Shown: piece after piece, positions 14,231-28,150 of the stretch
Numbering within the stretch: position 1 is the stretch's first letter
How the letters are laid out: each line of letters starts with the position of its first letter
Assembly (NCBI GenBank): GCA_028534125.1
Contig: CM052817.1
Span: forward strand, 51,214,001-51,278,000
Direction of reading: 5' to 3'
Length of the DNA stretch: 64,000 nucleotides
DNA from: Lama glama
Lineage: Eukaryota
Position numbers and translations under genes: made by a program
The notes under the pieces: generated by a model
What the model saw: only the letters and a program-made list of their open reading frames with translations
Told to the model about the DNA's origin: nothing
The model's database searches: none

Positions 14231-15719
14231 ACTTACAGTCAGAATTTGAATAAAATTTCCAATATGTTGGACCCCATGGAGTCAGGTGTAATCAAGAAGA
14301 AAAATCTGGAACAGATGTTAAAATGCTATACATCACATCAGAGAGGCAAGGTGTGACTACTCTTTGACTAAGAATGAGGATATGACAAAAAAGAATGAGT
14401 ACAAAAGTTCAAAATGTAGTTAATCACCCAAATGTCAGTCTTAAATAAAGGCCAGCATTCAGATGCCTTACATGACAGAAAGAGTGCCCTGTTTTGTCAG
14501 AGTCTCATAGTTCCCATGAGATACTCTCAGGCAGTTACCAAAACCTATTGCCATAGTTGGCCTTGATTCTCCCTAATGGATGCCACTCAGTTACTGTTCT
14601 CTGATCGTTCTGACAGAAAATTGAAGTCTGAAGAGACCTTGTTTGTTTGTCCTTTAATATACAAGGGGAACAGTGTGCTTCATGTTCCATCTGTGAATCA
14701 TCCTTATTTTAATCAGTATCTCTCACATAAGCTAAAAGAGACATTGATTGAAGCTGTTACTTTGCTGACAAACAGATTTTTATTTGCAAAAATCTCAGGA
14801 GAAAAGTATCTTTTCTGCACAGGCATAGGCAGAGCACTTACTTTTAGAGTAGATACACATTGTATTATTGATTTAACAGCATTACATACTCAAAAAATGA
14901 TGCAATTTGGATATTACTTAGGGAAATCTGAAGCTCTCCCTACTGTGACTGCGAAGTGGCAAAAATATTTTTCTCTTTCAAATTATCTCTTTCTCTCTCT
15001 TTCTCTTGACATATAATTACAATTTTGCTAGTTAATAAACAACCAGGCTCAGAATTTCTATTTTCAATTTTTCACCTTTTTTATCTCTTAAGCAAGAGAG
15101 AATTTAGTGACTTGGGACTCTGGAATCCTAAGTAAGAACTTTCTTCTTGGAATGCAACTACCTTGGAATTTTCTTAGCCAGCTGAGGAAAGAATTAACCA
15201 AGTAACACTTCTGTAATGAGTATTTATAATAGGAAGTAAAAACAAAAGATATTTTAGTGTTGAATTCTAATTAGGGCATTGATCCATAATGTGACAAATC
15301 ACTAGCCAGCTTCCTATTAAAACCCAGAAGCAAAGCACAGCACTGAAATAAAGTGATGGCAAAGGGTGTGACTTTGTAAACCTTGTATAAGCTGAAAGGC
15401 AGCCTACCATACAGAAAGGTTTGGATGCAGAGGAAAAAAAAACAGGGTGAATGTGTCCTTTGCTGCTTGTGGCAACTCAGTTTTCAGGGATCACACAAAA
15501 GTTTCAGAAATCATATAATGTGCTCTAAAGAGAGCAAAGAAATAAAAACATCACTATGCAGGTCTAACAATGTGGGGAATGCAAAGCTGAGAAAATATTG
15601 GAAGTGTTTGGTTCTTCATGTACTGTCTCACAATTTAACATATTACAAAAGCAACTTTTTCTTTGCATTTTGATTTTGATTTAACATGTTCGGGTTTCTA
15701 CAAAACAGTCACTAAACAT

Positions 15720-16059
15720 TAAATTCTGAATAAGGGCCAGACAGTGGCTGCTGCATATCCCTACTTACTATTTAAACCAAGAGCCCCAAGAGACACCAGG
15801 ATGATTTTTCTTACCACCAAACATATTCCTCCTTGGCATTCTTCAGAGTGGATACCAGCTGCTGACAACTGGATCCACCAGATTCTAGAATTGGCTGATT
15901 GCTCAGTCCCACTACACTACAGATCAGCTTCTCCCTCTTTCAATACTACTTCCACCTTTTCACAAGTGTGTCTTCTGAGAGAACTCACCCAAAATATTCT
16001 AAATGCAACTCATCTTATAACAAACTGACAGCCTGTTTCCAGGGAATACTACCTAGGAC
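15720..16059 (+). mobile_element. ERVL-type (LTR16-like) solo LTR remnant
   Basis: Ends cagcctgtttccagggaatactacctaggaca, similar to the recalled LTR16-family terminus gtctgcttcctgggaacccaacct..gaca. Confidence 0.45.
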
Positions 16060-19000
16060 AACATCAGTTTAAAACATTAAGCAGAAAAAAAGTTATTCCC
16101 ATCACATTATAATTTCTACACATTTAATTTTGGTTTATTTGTTTGCTTTATTAGAAAAATCACAGAAAAGCTGCAGTAATGATAATCTTCCAAATGTTAA
16201 ATGGAGCAATGAACACATCCAAAGTTTTCATATAAAATTGTCTGTAAAATTGATATTTGAGAATTTTCCCTCAGTTTCTCAGGGCCAAATCCTGGTTCCT
16301 TTTTTATTGTAATGAAACATCAGATGAGTTTTGTGTGCCAAAACTAAATGTCTCAATTGGACAACTAGCTGTTAGCGACACCACCAAAATATTTAGTCTG
16401 CTCTCCAAATCAAGTATGAATAGCACTGTGACTTATAACTGAAACTAAGAATAAAATAATCATGCAAATAATTAAAAGTACTATGTTTGGGAGAAAAAAA
16501 AATTTCACGTCTTTTGATCCTTATGAAAGAAAGCATGTGATATTTGAGGCATTTTTCCTCCCTTATTGATCACCAAATGGAGATTTCTCCAATAATTGTG
16601 GGTCCTATTTGTAATAAAACACCTGGCAATATTTTTCCAGTAAAAATAATTTCAGAAAGGTCTTCATGACACCTTTTAAACTGATATCTTTAACACTTCC
16701 ATTTCTTATTTCACTTCTTTCTTACCCACTCTGCTAAATATATACATTGATACCTGTACTTTAAAATTGTGTCTGATAACAGATTCCAAACTAGTTAAAA
16801 CAATAATATGGGGCAATGGAGGATTTAGAAATAAATATCTACTTATTGATATCTAGGCACTAGTGAAAGAAATACATTTGAGGATGATCTATCCCAAAGC
16901 CCATCAAGTTACATCACTAATCTCTTTTCACATAAACACAAAAGTCTTCACTTTTGTTGTACTTTGGTTCAACAATGACCAATATAATACCTTTAATTAT
17001 CTCATTTTAAAAAATAATGTAGATTGAACATTAACATGTCTACTATAGTTTGTAGAAATTGTGGATCCAAGACACCAGGACATATTTCATATTGATCTCT
17101 TGAACATTCTTTAACATTCATATTCTGGTCATAAACCAAAAAATGAAGGGATTATTTTTATTTGTCTTATCTAAATACATTATTGAAATGTAGAGCCAAT
17201 TAATATGAGTTGTGTAGAGTTATATGTCAGGATCCTGAATCCCTAAGCAAGTGCTAATTGTAAGAGACCACCCTTGGCTTCTCCCCTGGTCTTGGGGTCC
17301 TTATCATTTTGGGGAGAGTGTAGTATTGTCCATTTCATCATAAGTATGGCCTTCCTCACCAACAGTCATTAAACAAAGTAAAGGTGTTTTGGGGGTACTG
17401 ACAGGAATGTAATTAGAGACAAAATTTGGACATACAAAATAGATTAACTAATACAAAACAGATCCTTATTAACTATTAATAAATAGTTATTTTTCCTTTA
17501 ATCTTTGAATGCCTTGATATATATTCTATCATATTAGCATGAATGGGTGAATTCTGGATCCGAGACTGTCTTAGCCTACTCAGTTTAAAGTATTAGTGCA
17601 ACAGAGGGCTACCTACATATTTTCTTTAAACATATTATTACTTATGAGGTGTTACCTAAGCATCCCATATGGCAATCATTAAAATTATACCTCATGTCCT
17701 CTGGGCAACCATCTACAAATTCATATTGAAATAATGCCTACTGAAATCTGTCAGTATAACCTAGGTAATTCTTAAAATTTTGAATGTAAATTGATTTTGC
17801 TTAGCTCCATCAGGCTCTTGGTGTGTCTGGACCCTAGTCATAAGTCATGAGGCAAGCTTCTTAAAGATTCAATTCATTAGGAAAAAAAAGCAATCAGAAG
17901 TGTTTCCAATGGTACATATGTTTTGTACATTTTACAGCAATAACTTAGTTTCTTTCTAGTATTTCAACCATGTATTTATTCATGGTCTTTCAGATTTTGC
18001 TAAGTGTTAGGCACGGTTCTTGCTACAGAAGACACAGCACTGCTGTCGATACTGTGGATACAGTAAAAATGAGCAGAAAATTTATCTATCTATAATCTCT
18101 TTGATAATTTCAGAAAATAATCACAGTGAGTACAACAGAAGCAGAAGCGTGTGATAAGACAGAAACTGACTGTGGTGATGAATTGCTTAGACATCCCAGA
18201 CATACTCCTGTCTGATGACATAGTTCCAATCTGCCATGGAAATAAGCCCAGTTGACAATTTATATGATGTTGAGTTTTAAGATCATGGGCAACGTGTTTT
18301 GGTATCTGGTTTCTATCAGTCTTAGGGCACTGAAAGGCCTCTTTGGTAGGGTTGTCATAGCTTCACAGCTTGAGTCTGGATCTAGAAAGTATGGTATCAG
18401 AGTGTGTCATTTCCATTGCATTTAATGCCGAGTAAGCAGTGATCTAGCCCATTGTGATTATCTCACATATTATCTTGTATCTGAATATCCTCACTTTAAG
18501 TGTACATGATCTGTGTTCCTAATGGGCCCCAGTGATGTGATACTCAGTTCTCACTGGAACAAAATCCTCATGGCCTTCACTCTTTCACTACATCATAACC
18601 ATGTTGAAATGCTCTATGTTTCAGCTAAAGATCTATTCCTTATTGAATTATTATTGGTATACATTTTTTAATGTTCTAGACTCATTTTTTAGGGGAGAAA
18701 ACAAGGATTCAGGTATCTTAACACTGTGATGAATTCTAAAAATGAAACAAAAGAAGTCTGAAAACCCAGAACTCATGTAATGTATAAGACCAACAATACA
18801 GCCATCCCTCATTTAATGGGTCTAAAACTTTCTTCCAAATTCTGAACTGATACACTGTTATTATTCAGTTTAAATTTCTTAATGGGAGAATCAAAATGGC
18901 TCAGTTGCAATTCACCTCTGATAAATAATTCCAGTAAATAATAATCCTAATAAATGAGAGATTATTTTATTAGGTCTCATCATAAACTACTAGTTAAACT

Positions 19001-20544
19001 AAAAAATAGGTGGCTCTAGAGCCAGATAATCTCCCTTCATTGCTGTCTGAGAATGAAAGATGGTATCACACTCTTCTCTTCTCCTCAAGAAGTAGCTCCC
19101 CTTAGCAGAAAATAAGGAACATGACGGTTTCAAATAAAATGAGCTGAGTGCCTGGCAATCACCTTAGTAGGTTAATACCTCTTAATACCAACACACCCAG
19201 AATTACCAGCACTCTATGCAATTTAACATTATACATTCTCTTTCAAAACCAAAACCATCTCCTGTTCAGTAGATCATCGTGCATCTGTTATCCATCCCAA
19301 GGGAGAACACTGTAAAATGGTTACCAATTTCAGGGATTGCAAACACTTTTGCCCATTGCATCTTAGTATCAAAGCCACCAAGAAAAACATAGTGCATCAA
19401 GCACTGGATGGAACAACACTCTACTCACATAGAATACAGAGAAAGATCATCTACAATAGTGTGTGTCATTCCCTCATGGCCAGTGGATACCAAACCCCTC
19501 TCCTGAAGCCAGTGCAAAGCAAACGGCTTATGCACACTCTTCTCATGCTCCAGGAGACTCTGACTCCTTCTCTGTGGAGTCTGGAATACCTAATGTTGAT
19601 GATGTGCACAGTGATGTATAAGCTTAAACAAAACAAAAGAAAACTCACTGAGCCTTCAACAGGGAAAGCTTTTGCCACACAAGGTAAGAAGCCTGATACA
19701 GGCTGTGTGGGCCCTTTTATCTCTTTGTAGAAGAAGAAGTGTTCCAGGCCTAAAGCCTATTCTTAAGTGGCCAAGAGGGGGTCGAAAGACTGTGCACATG
19801 ATGACGCTTTTCCCTACACCTCCTGACTTCCCTTTGACTGTCAATTTGCCATCTTCACTCCCTCTGACAGCAAAAACCACAAAAATCCCAAAGAACAAAA
19901 ACCAAAAAAACCCAAAACCCTTGATTAAGGTGTTTACACTTGTCTTTAGTCTCTCTATGCCAATTTTATCTTTTTTAATTTTGCTAACCACTGATGTACT
20001 AGAAGCAGCAGGCGAACGCTGATGCTTGCATCTACCTTGCAGACACACAGTCATTAAGAATTATCAAAGCACAACCAGTGCACTAGTTTCAAGTATGAAA
20101 ATATCTGCAAAGCATTCATTTCAACTTTCAGCATCATAAATGATGTCGCACGCAGATTTCAATTCTGATAAATTATTACCCTTTTGAAGTATATAAAGTT
20201 ACTATCATTTTCTACAGTTCTAAGCATATTAAAATTCTACTGGATTTCAAAAAGGGACCAACAAATAATTAACTTACTATGCAAATATCAACTTGAAAAA
20301 AATTTTTGCTATTTACATATCAACTTTTGCTTTAGTGAATGTGTACAAGGATTTAATTTTTAAAAAGGCAATATTACACAGTATACCCCACATTTATCAC
20401 ATTTCTTAAAGTGTTAAGATTGTATGACTTATTTCTATGTATTTTTTCATAATTAAAGAAAAACTCAAAACACTATAGATTTTGTAAAAATTTGAGGAGC
20501 TTTTTTATTACATTGAATTATTATATATAAAGTTATTTAAGGAA

Positions 20545-22712
20545 AATTAATATTTACTGCTTTACTCCTTTGCACCATATAAGGTGCTCTTAAATCCTTC
20601 CTGAGTATCCAAGCTTCTGTCTACCATCATTTCTTTTAAGGATTAAGACCTTCCTTTAGCATTTAATATGCTATAGTCTGCTGGAGGCAAATTCCATTTT
20701 TTACTTATGTCTAATTGTTTTTATTTCACACTCATTTTTGTAGTATATGTTTGTTAGGTGTAAAATTATAAGTTGATAGGCTTTTTTCTTTTAATATTTA
20801 AAAAATAATTCCACTCAACTGGACCCTATTGTTTTTGATAAAAAGGGAACTGATATTTGCATTGCTGTTCCATTGTATGTACTCTGTCCTATTTTTTGGC
20901 AATTTTTAAATATTTCTCTTCATTTTTGATTTTCAGCATTTTGTCTATGATGTACTTAGGTGTAGTTTTCATTCATCCAGTTTAGGATTCACTGAGAGTC
21001 TTGGATCTGTAGGTTATGGTTTTTCATTATTTGGGATATTTTTCACACTATCACATCAAATAGTTTTCTCTTCTCAGTATCTTCTCTCTTCTCTTTCTGC
21101 AAGTCTGTTTATAAATATTTAGATTAAGTGATATTGCCCCACAAGTCACTGAGGTTTTGTTTACTTATTTTTTAGCTGTTTTTCCCTATTCTTCAGACTG
21201 AATCCCTATTGGTTTGTATTCAGATTAACTAATTTTTTTCTGGTCTCTAATCTACTATTAAACTCATCCAGTTAATTTTCATTCCACTTTTTTGCTGTAA
21301 CTTATATAATTTTTATTTTATTTTTTATTTTTATTTTTTTGCTGAGGTTCTAAATCTGTTTACTTACTGTTATGAGTTAAATTGTGTTCCCCCAAAATTC
21401 CTATGTTGAAGTCCTAACTCCTAGGATCTCAGAATGTGACCTTATTTGGAGATATAACTAGTTAAGCTAAAATGAGGTCCTTAGAGTGAGTCATAATCCA
21501 ATATGACTATTATCCTTATAGAAAGAGGAAGTTTAGATACAGTCACATACACGGGGAGGATGCTATATGAAAATTAAGGCAGAATTAGAAAATATGCTGC
21601 TTCAATAAACAAAGGAGTACCAAATACTGTAGCAAACCACAAGCAGCTAGGTGAGAGGAGCAGAAAAGTTTCCTCTCACAGCTAGTTCTCAGGAGGAATC
21701 AATCCTGTGAACATCTTTTTTTTTTTTTTAATCCTGTGAACATCGTGATCTTTGACTTTCTACCCTCCAGAATGGGAGACAAATACATGTACGTGGTTTG
21801 AACCATCTAATTTGTAATACTGGTTATGATAAGCCTAGCAAATTAATTATTTCTTTCCTTCTTTTTTTTTCAACTTTTGAATGTATTTTAAGTAGTTTTA
21901 AATTTCTTGTTTCTTAATGGCCAACATATTAGTTATCTTTTGACTATTTATATTGGCTAGATTCTTCTTGATTATGGCTATTTTCCTTCTTCTTCATGTG
22001 TCTAGTAATTCTTTTTTTTCTATATTGAATATTGAGGATGCTTTATTACAGAAGCTCTGGATTACATTATGTTCCTGTAAAATGTCTGATTTGGTTGTGG
22101 GCAGAAGTTAAATTATGAAAGAATTACTTTTTATCCTGATAGGTTTTTATTAATTTTGGTTTTATGTCTCTTATCTCGGTTGTAGTCTTTACTCCCAAAC
22201 TGTGGCTTTTCTTAGGTCTCAATTGATTGCCTTAAGTCATTATCTGGATGCTTCCGTTTTCAGTCCAGGTGAAACTGCTACAGCTCTCAGCTATGAGCAA
22301 CCCCTATAGAAGGCTCTTTCTGCTAGGCTTACTTAATGGAGTATTGCTTTGAATATGTTCAGCTCAATAATCACCTGAAAGCCCATGGGGGTCTGAGTAT
22401 CCAGCTTAGCACATCTTTTATTCCTTTCTAGAATCCATTCCCGTAAATTCCAGCTGCTTCAAGGCCACAAAATCCATTCTCAGCCTCCTCAGTTCAACAT
22501 GACCCCATACTCCCTAGGTATAGTTGGGGGATCTGAGCAGAATTAGCTATCCCTCCCTGTATTTAACTGTTTTTAAGACTCATAGTCTTGTGCTGACAAT
22601 TGTCTAAAAACCTGAAAACTGTCACCTCATATATTTTTGATAGTTTTATAATCATTTACTGTGGGAATGGAAGAGTAGATTTAGTGCTTGTTAACGTGTT
22701 TCATCCAGAAAC
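20545..22712 (-). mobile_element. Old L1M 5' region/ORF1 remnant, interrupted by an MLT1 LTR
   Basis: T-rich, with reverse ORF1 motifs (ttcctttagcattt..tagtctgctggaggcaaattc; gattttcagcattttgtctatgatgtacttaggtgtag; ctactattaaactcatccagttaatttt). Confidence 0.8.
21368..21849 (+). mobile_element. MaLR LTR (MLT1B/MLT1C-like), solo
   Basis: Starts tgttatgagttaaattgtgttccccc-aaaattcctatgttgaagtcctaac...cagaatgtgaccttatttggagata and ends agcctagcaaattaat. Typical MLT1A-C LTR. Confidence 0.9.
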
Positions 22713-23044
22713 CTATATTACAATTTTAAAATATATTTATCATAATTATTTTAAAGTTCATATCAGATAACTATAATTTTTAATCTCCTTTGGATACGTC
22801 TCTAAATTTTATCTCTTTCAAGTGACTTGTTTCATCTTAATACTTCAGGTAATTTTTTTTTATCTATATCAATACTTTTTACTATAAAAACTTTGGGGGC
22901 AACTTATACATCTGTATAATATTATTTTCCTCTGAATTTCTGACAGGCAGTAGGAAAGATCACTTTAATCCCTCTGAATCATAATATTTTTGATTTTTGT
23001 TTATATCACCAAAAGAAAAATTTTAAACTCACATAAATCATTAA

Positions 23045-23425
23045 TTCATTTTAGCAAATATGTATTAAACATCTATTATGTTCTGGCTACTGTTCTAATC
23101 TATCCTAATCTGGGTATAAAAATGTGAGTAAGACAGATCTTGTCTCTGACATCATTGAGCTAGTATTCTAGTGGGAGAAGAAAAACTAAAAATGAAAAAA
23201 AGTAAACAAAATAATTTCAGATAGTGATTAAAATTATGCAGAGTAAAAGAAAAGCATATTGGGATTGGGTGTGATGGGAGTGGTCCTGCTTTAGAGAAGG
23301 TCTTCAAAAGGCCCCATTTAATAAGATGACATTTGAGCTGATATCCACCTGTCAGATGAGAAGAAATAGGCCACTGAAAGATCAGAGAGATGTGGACTCC
23401 AGGCCAAAGAGAGCACAAAGGCAAA
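23045..23425 (-). mobile_element. L2 3' end
   Basis: ttcattttagcaaatatgtattaaacatctattatgttctggc...gagctagtattctagtgggaga...gacatttgagctga. Confidence 0.85.
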
Positions 23426-23909
23426 TAATTTGAGGGACAGCAAAATACATTAGGTTAGATGTTTCCCTAAATTCAAATGGATGAGATTATTTTGACATGT
23501 TCTAAATATTGGACTAATATAATAATTATATTTACTAATTTTACAGATTTATTTCCACATAATTAGTGAAAATAATTCTGATTCCAATTTCAAGACTCCA
23601 GGGTTCTTCCCTTAATAAATATAATAAATATTTACAGGCTAAGTTGTTGGTACCTTTAAGGTATGCCACCAATTTATTCTATCTATGTAGAGAAAAGAGA
23701 ACATTCCATCTCTGTCTTCAAAAACCTTAACATTTATTGAGAAAAGAAAGGACAATAATATAAATATAATCATCAACAAAACATTTGTTAAAGTTAGATT
23801 CACAATATATGTATGGTATAATACATTATACTACTGCTAATTTAGCTTTATAGACTGAAAAATGTTATAGTAGATCTGAGAAGATAGTGGAGTTTTAACA
23901 ACTACTAGT

Positions 23910-24095
23910 AGCTAAGAGCTAATCCTTACTGAAGACTTACTCTGTTCCAATTATTTACTGACTGATTTAATTCTAACAACTCTATTTTGTAGATACTTCC
24001 GCTGACATTTTGAATTCACAAATGAAGAAACTAAACTACAGAAAGGTATTAATACCTTCCCCAAGGTCATAACTTTAGTTACTGGCTTCAGAGTT
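23910..24095 (-). mobile_element. MIR SINE
   Basis: cacaaatgaagaaactaaactacagaaaggt...ccttccccaaggtcata. Confidence 0.7.
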
Positions 24096-24101
24096 TATAT
24101 C

Positions 24102-24169
24102 AGATAGATAGAAAGATAGACAGATGGATGGATGGATGGATGGACAGACGGATGGATGAAGGGATAGAC

Positions 24170-24210
<41 letters not shown>
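24102..24210. repeat. Compound (GATA)n/(GGAT)n tetranucleotide microsatellite
   Basis: Read directly. The GATA block at the 3' end is uninterrupted. Confidence 0.97.
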
Positions 24211-25769
24211 TCCATAAGACTTTACAGATGAGAAGGCATATAACTTTGAATTTTGAGACTTGGTAGGGTAAACAAAGAAGATATAAATATTAATGTAAAT
24301 ATTAATTTTCATATTTTTCGGGCTTCAGATCAGGAAAAAAACTAAAAAAAATATTTCAGGTGGAAAATACAATGTCATAGACTAATCAGATTCTTACCAG
24401 GATTTCTGCACCAATAACATTGCATGATTATGGGAATCCCATGAAAAACAAAACACTTTACAAAGTTTCCTATGTAGTAATTGTTTAAAAATGATATACT
24501 TCTAAATTTAAGTGAGAAGGATTCTTTCATATATTTTCCTCCAAATGTCTTTGGATTATATAACAAGGGTCACTATATAGATCTCTGTCACTGTAACAAC
24601 AGAAACAAATTTACTGATGCATTTGTATACCTCATACTTTTAAAAAGGTATAAAATATTACACATGTATATTCCTCAGAAAATATTTTCAACTGTTTTCA
24701 ATGTTTAACTCTCACATTTATATCCTACTCCTTTTTTCCCCCTGATTATCGAACAGTTCCTTTTGACTCAATATAAACTTCACCATTCTGTTAAATTAAT
24801 TTGATTTTTAAACAGAAATACAATTCATTGTTCTCCTCTCTAAGGTCAAATCTACTTTATATTTCTTTTCAAAAATTTCCAACTCAGTAACCAGCTAAAT
24901 AACAAAAAGAAATCAATTTTTAAAATAAAAGCATTTTGGAAAGCCTATTATATATAATTCAGAACAGATGTGGTTATCCTGAATTTGAGTCTCTTGAATC
25001 ATAACTGTCATTGTCATCCTTTTTGTAATAGTAAAATACATGTAAGACCGAGCATTATGTATGATTACATTGAAAGAAGACAGGATAACAGGGGCTACAG
25101 TCATCCAAAAATCTCAAATCTTAAACTAAGCATTAAGAGAAAACTAGTAATGCCCTTAACTTTTAAGAATATAGTTTTCCTTGGGACTGTATTCACTTCA
25201 GTTAGCATCTTTAATTTAAACTGTTATAATTTTCTTTTTTTTTTGGCTTATCTATACAGTTCTCTTTTAAGATGTTAGGTTAATATCTTGGAAAAAATAT
25301 CAAATAATAAGTATATATCACATCAAGAAAATGTCTTACTAGAATTTCAGAATGTTATGTATCTGTGCCAAGATCATTGTCATTTGAATCTTTTTGTGAT
25401 TCTCTGTCCCTCCAGCTTTAAACAAGTTCTAAAAGTTGGTTATAACTTCCTAAACTATTTCTGAACTGAGAAAAATTCATTATACTGGTTTCAAAACCCA
25501 TATATTTGAAAAGAAAACAAAGAATTCATTGTTCTATGCAGAACTTCAAAATCCTCATTCATATGACTTGATAGTAATGTTAGTGTGTTGAACAAGGGAA
25601 AGGGCTAGATACTCTCCCAAGATGGCCTTCTTACTTAGGTTTCGATTGCTTTCTTATTAGCTGGTAAATCCCTACCTCATTTACTTTTTCTTTCATTTGT
25701 CACTATTTGTCAGGAGCAGGCCACATAAAATTCCTGTGTAAGTTAAAAAAGAAGTTTTCTTTCTGCAAT

Positions 25770-26130
25770 TATTCAGTTATTCAGCCAACACTATGTGAAT
25801 GTCAGGAATAGCATATGGCATACCAAGGAAGAAATGATGATCAAGCCAGACAAGGTTACTGACTTTATGAAATAGCTATTTTGGGGGAAGAAAGACAAAT
25901 ATGCATACAACCTCAACATTTTTTAATAAACGTGTTGATCAGAGTAGAAGAGGTATTATGGAATAGCATAAGGAGAGAATCTAAACCAGAAGGGATGTCA
26001 GGAAAAGTGCTCGAGATGCTTTTTCAAAGATAGATTTTGGTAGGGACAAGCTACGTGAAGAAAGAAGGAAGCGTTTCCCCAAAGAAAACATTGTTTATGC
26101 CAAAATCTAGAGGTTTAAAGGCACACAATA
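25770..26130 (-). mobile_element. Degenerate L2
   Basis: attcagttattcagccaaca...ccagacaaggttactgactttatgaaatagctattttggggg...gtcaggaaaagtgct. Confidence 0.55.
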
Positions 26131-26759
26131 CTTCCCAATGGTCATGCCCTTGCCAGCAAGGATAAGAGTTAAATTCACTTTGAAAAAGAAACACTGCTCT
26201 CTCGGATAATGCTTGGATGGAAATTATTAGTATTTTTCTGGGTGAATGTACTTTCTTTTTAAATTGTCAAATTGAACAACCCTTCTACCTGTATTAATAC
26301 ATTAAATGAGATACAGTTGAGTCTTAGTGGCCAGTAATACATGTCTCTTTGGGAAGAAAAGGTAATATATGAATCTAAAATCTAATTCTTTGTATTATAA
26401 ATTTCTAATTCAAGACTGATTTTAATCTTATTTCTAATAGTACTGTGTTATTTAGCTGTTTTCACTTCAGCCCCCATGTAATTTTAGCATGCAGAAAAAA
26501 ATTCAAAATTCCGAAAAACTGGACACAATGAAAAAGTAATGTTGACTCTAGAAGGAAGAATACTATCATATAAACTGCACAGCCTCCCTTGAAAATCTAG
26601 CTAGAAAGATCATTGAAGTTTTAAGGCACCCATGCCATTACTGTGGTAGAATTTTAGTTTTTCCAAATTTTCTGACCTTTATGTTTTATGGGTAAAAATT
26701 TAAAAGATGAAAATAAGAATGTAAAACTAAAATATCAGAAAACACATATCCAAGAGAAC

Positions 26760-27120
26760 ATAACTGACATTATTTCAGGCTGAAGAGAAGAAAAAAATCA
26801 GGTTAGAAAGAGTTCTCATATATGAAGGAGGATTATTTTATAGCAGATAATAATAAAAGATTTTCAAATTCTAGTAGAGAGAGAATACAATTGAGAGATG
26901 ACAGAAGGCAGTTTAGTTAGGAGAGAAGGCAATTTCCTTAAAGGTAAGGGTCACAGAAATTCGAATTTGTTTACCAAGGGCTCAATTTCGTTTCTGGAAG
27001 GCTTGATAAAGGTCTCATGTTAAATTCATTTACTTTTAATGGATCATACATGACATTACTTGAGGACAATAAGGACAATAGTATGATCTTCTGAATCTCT
27101 CCCAGTCATGCATTTTCGTA
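26760..27120 (+). mobile_element. Probable CR1/L3 3' end
   Basis: gatgacagaaggcagtttagttagg..gaaggcaatttcctta...aattcgaatttgtttacc and tatgatcttctgaatctctcccagtc resemble the recalled L3 3' terminus. Confidence 0.5.
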
Positions 27121-27989
27121 TCTCTAGTGGCTTTTCTAGTCTAGTAATAAGCCAAAGAATGCTGTATGGATTTATTCACTCAGTTTTCCTCTCATGTAGT
27201 TTTTGTAATATTTTGGAATTATATAATCAGTAATTTAAATAATTTCCTTAAAAGTACATGAAAGAATATAAAAGCATAGCTAAATGCCCATACATAGTCA
27301 AGGTCAGTTAGTGACCTCAAGTTAAAGTAAGCACATGAGGCTACAGATATAATATAAACAATATGAAACTATCAATAGTTTAGTACTGAATGTTAGTAAT
27401 AGACAATGAATATGTAATCAAAAAGACTTTACTCAGAATCCCAAGGTTAGTACTTTAAAAATGAAAATGGGACATCGATCTATTTTCCTATGGGGACATT
27501 AATATGGCTTAAATATAACATGTATAGTTGAAAACTTGGTTATCCTTTATTCCTTTTTTCTACTTTACCCTAGTTTAATAGTTTCTTTCAAACTCGATCA
27601 TCTTCAGAATGTGTGTATGTGTTCTTCTGTTTCTCATAATAATAACAAGACTCTCTAATAGGATTTTTCAAAAACAATAAAAGTATTAGTATATATGTGT
27701 ATTCTGCCAATCACATAAATACATTAAGATGGCAGCTGTTTTAAGAAGCTGAATTAATTCATAAGAATCAAACAAGGCAAATGCTTCTTCTTCTAAAACG
27801 ACTGACATTCCAACTGACATTCATGAAGCAGTGAGAAAGTAGGTTATCTACTATAAGAAGTTATCTACTTCTATCTAGATTATAGTAGGTTATCTACTAT
27901 AATCTATAAGAAAATGCAGAAAATACAAATAGAGAGTAAGCCTCTTGTAAATAGTTAAGTAAAATCCTTCAAGCTTAGCCAAACTCTGG

Positions 27990-28150
27990 TAAGAATCTGA
28001 GTTCAAGTGTCTTGATCCCAGTTCAACCTCAAATTCATGTTGTAACCTATAATTCACTGGGCTTACAATTCTTCCCCTCAATATATGAAAAATAAGGATA
28101 ATAATTCCAGACTATAATATGATGTTGATACATTCTATAAAGTATGTCTA
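27990..28150 (+). mobile_element. Degenerate MIR
   Basis: ttcccctcaatatatgaaaaataaggataataatt follows the MIR core pattern. Confidence 0.5.

Noticed and set aside
14576..15016. 146-aa ORF
   Set aside because: No recognisable domain or convincing splice context. The length is compatible with chance in 64 kb over six frames.
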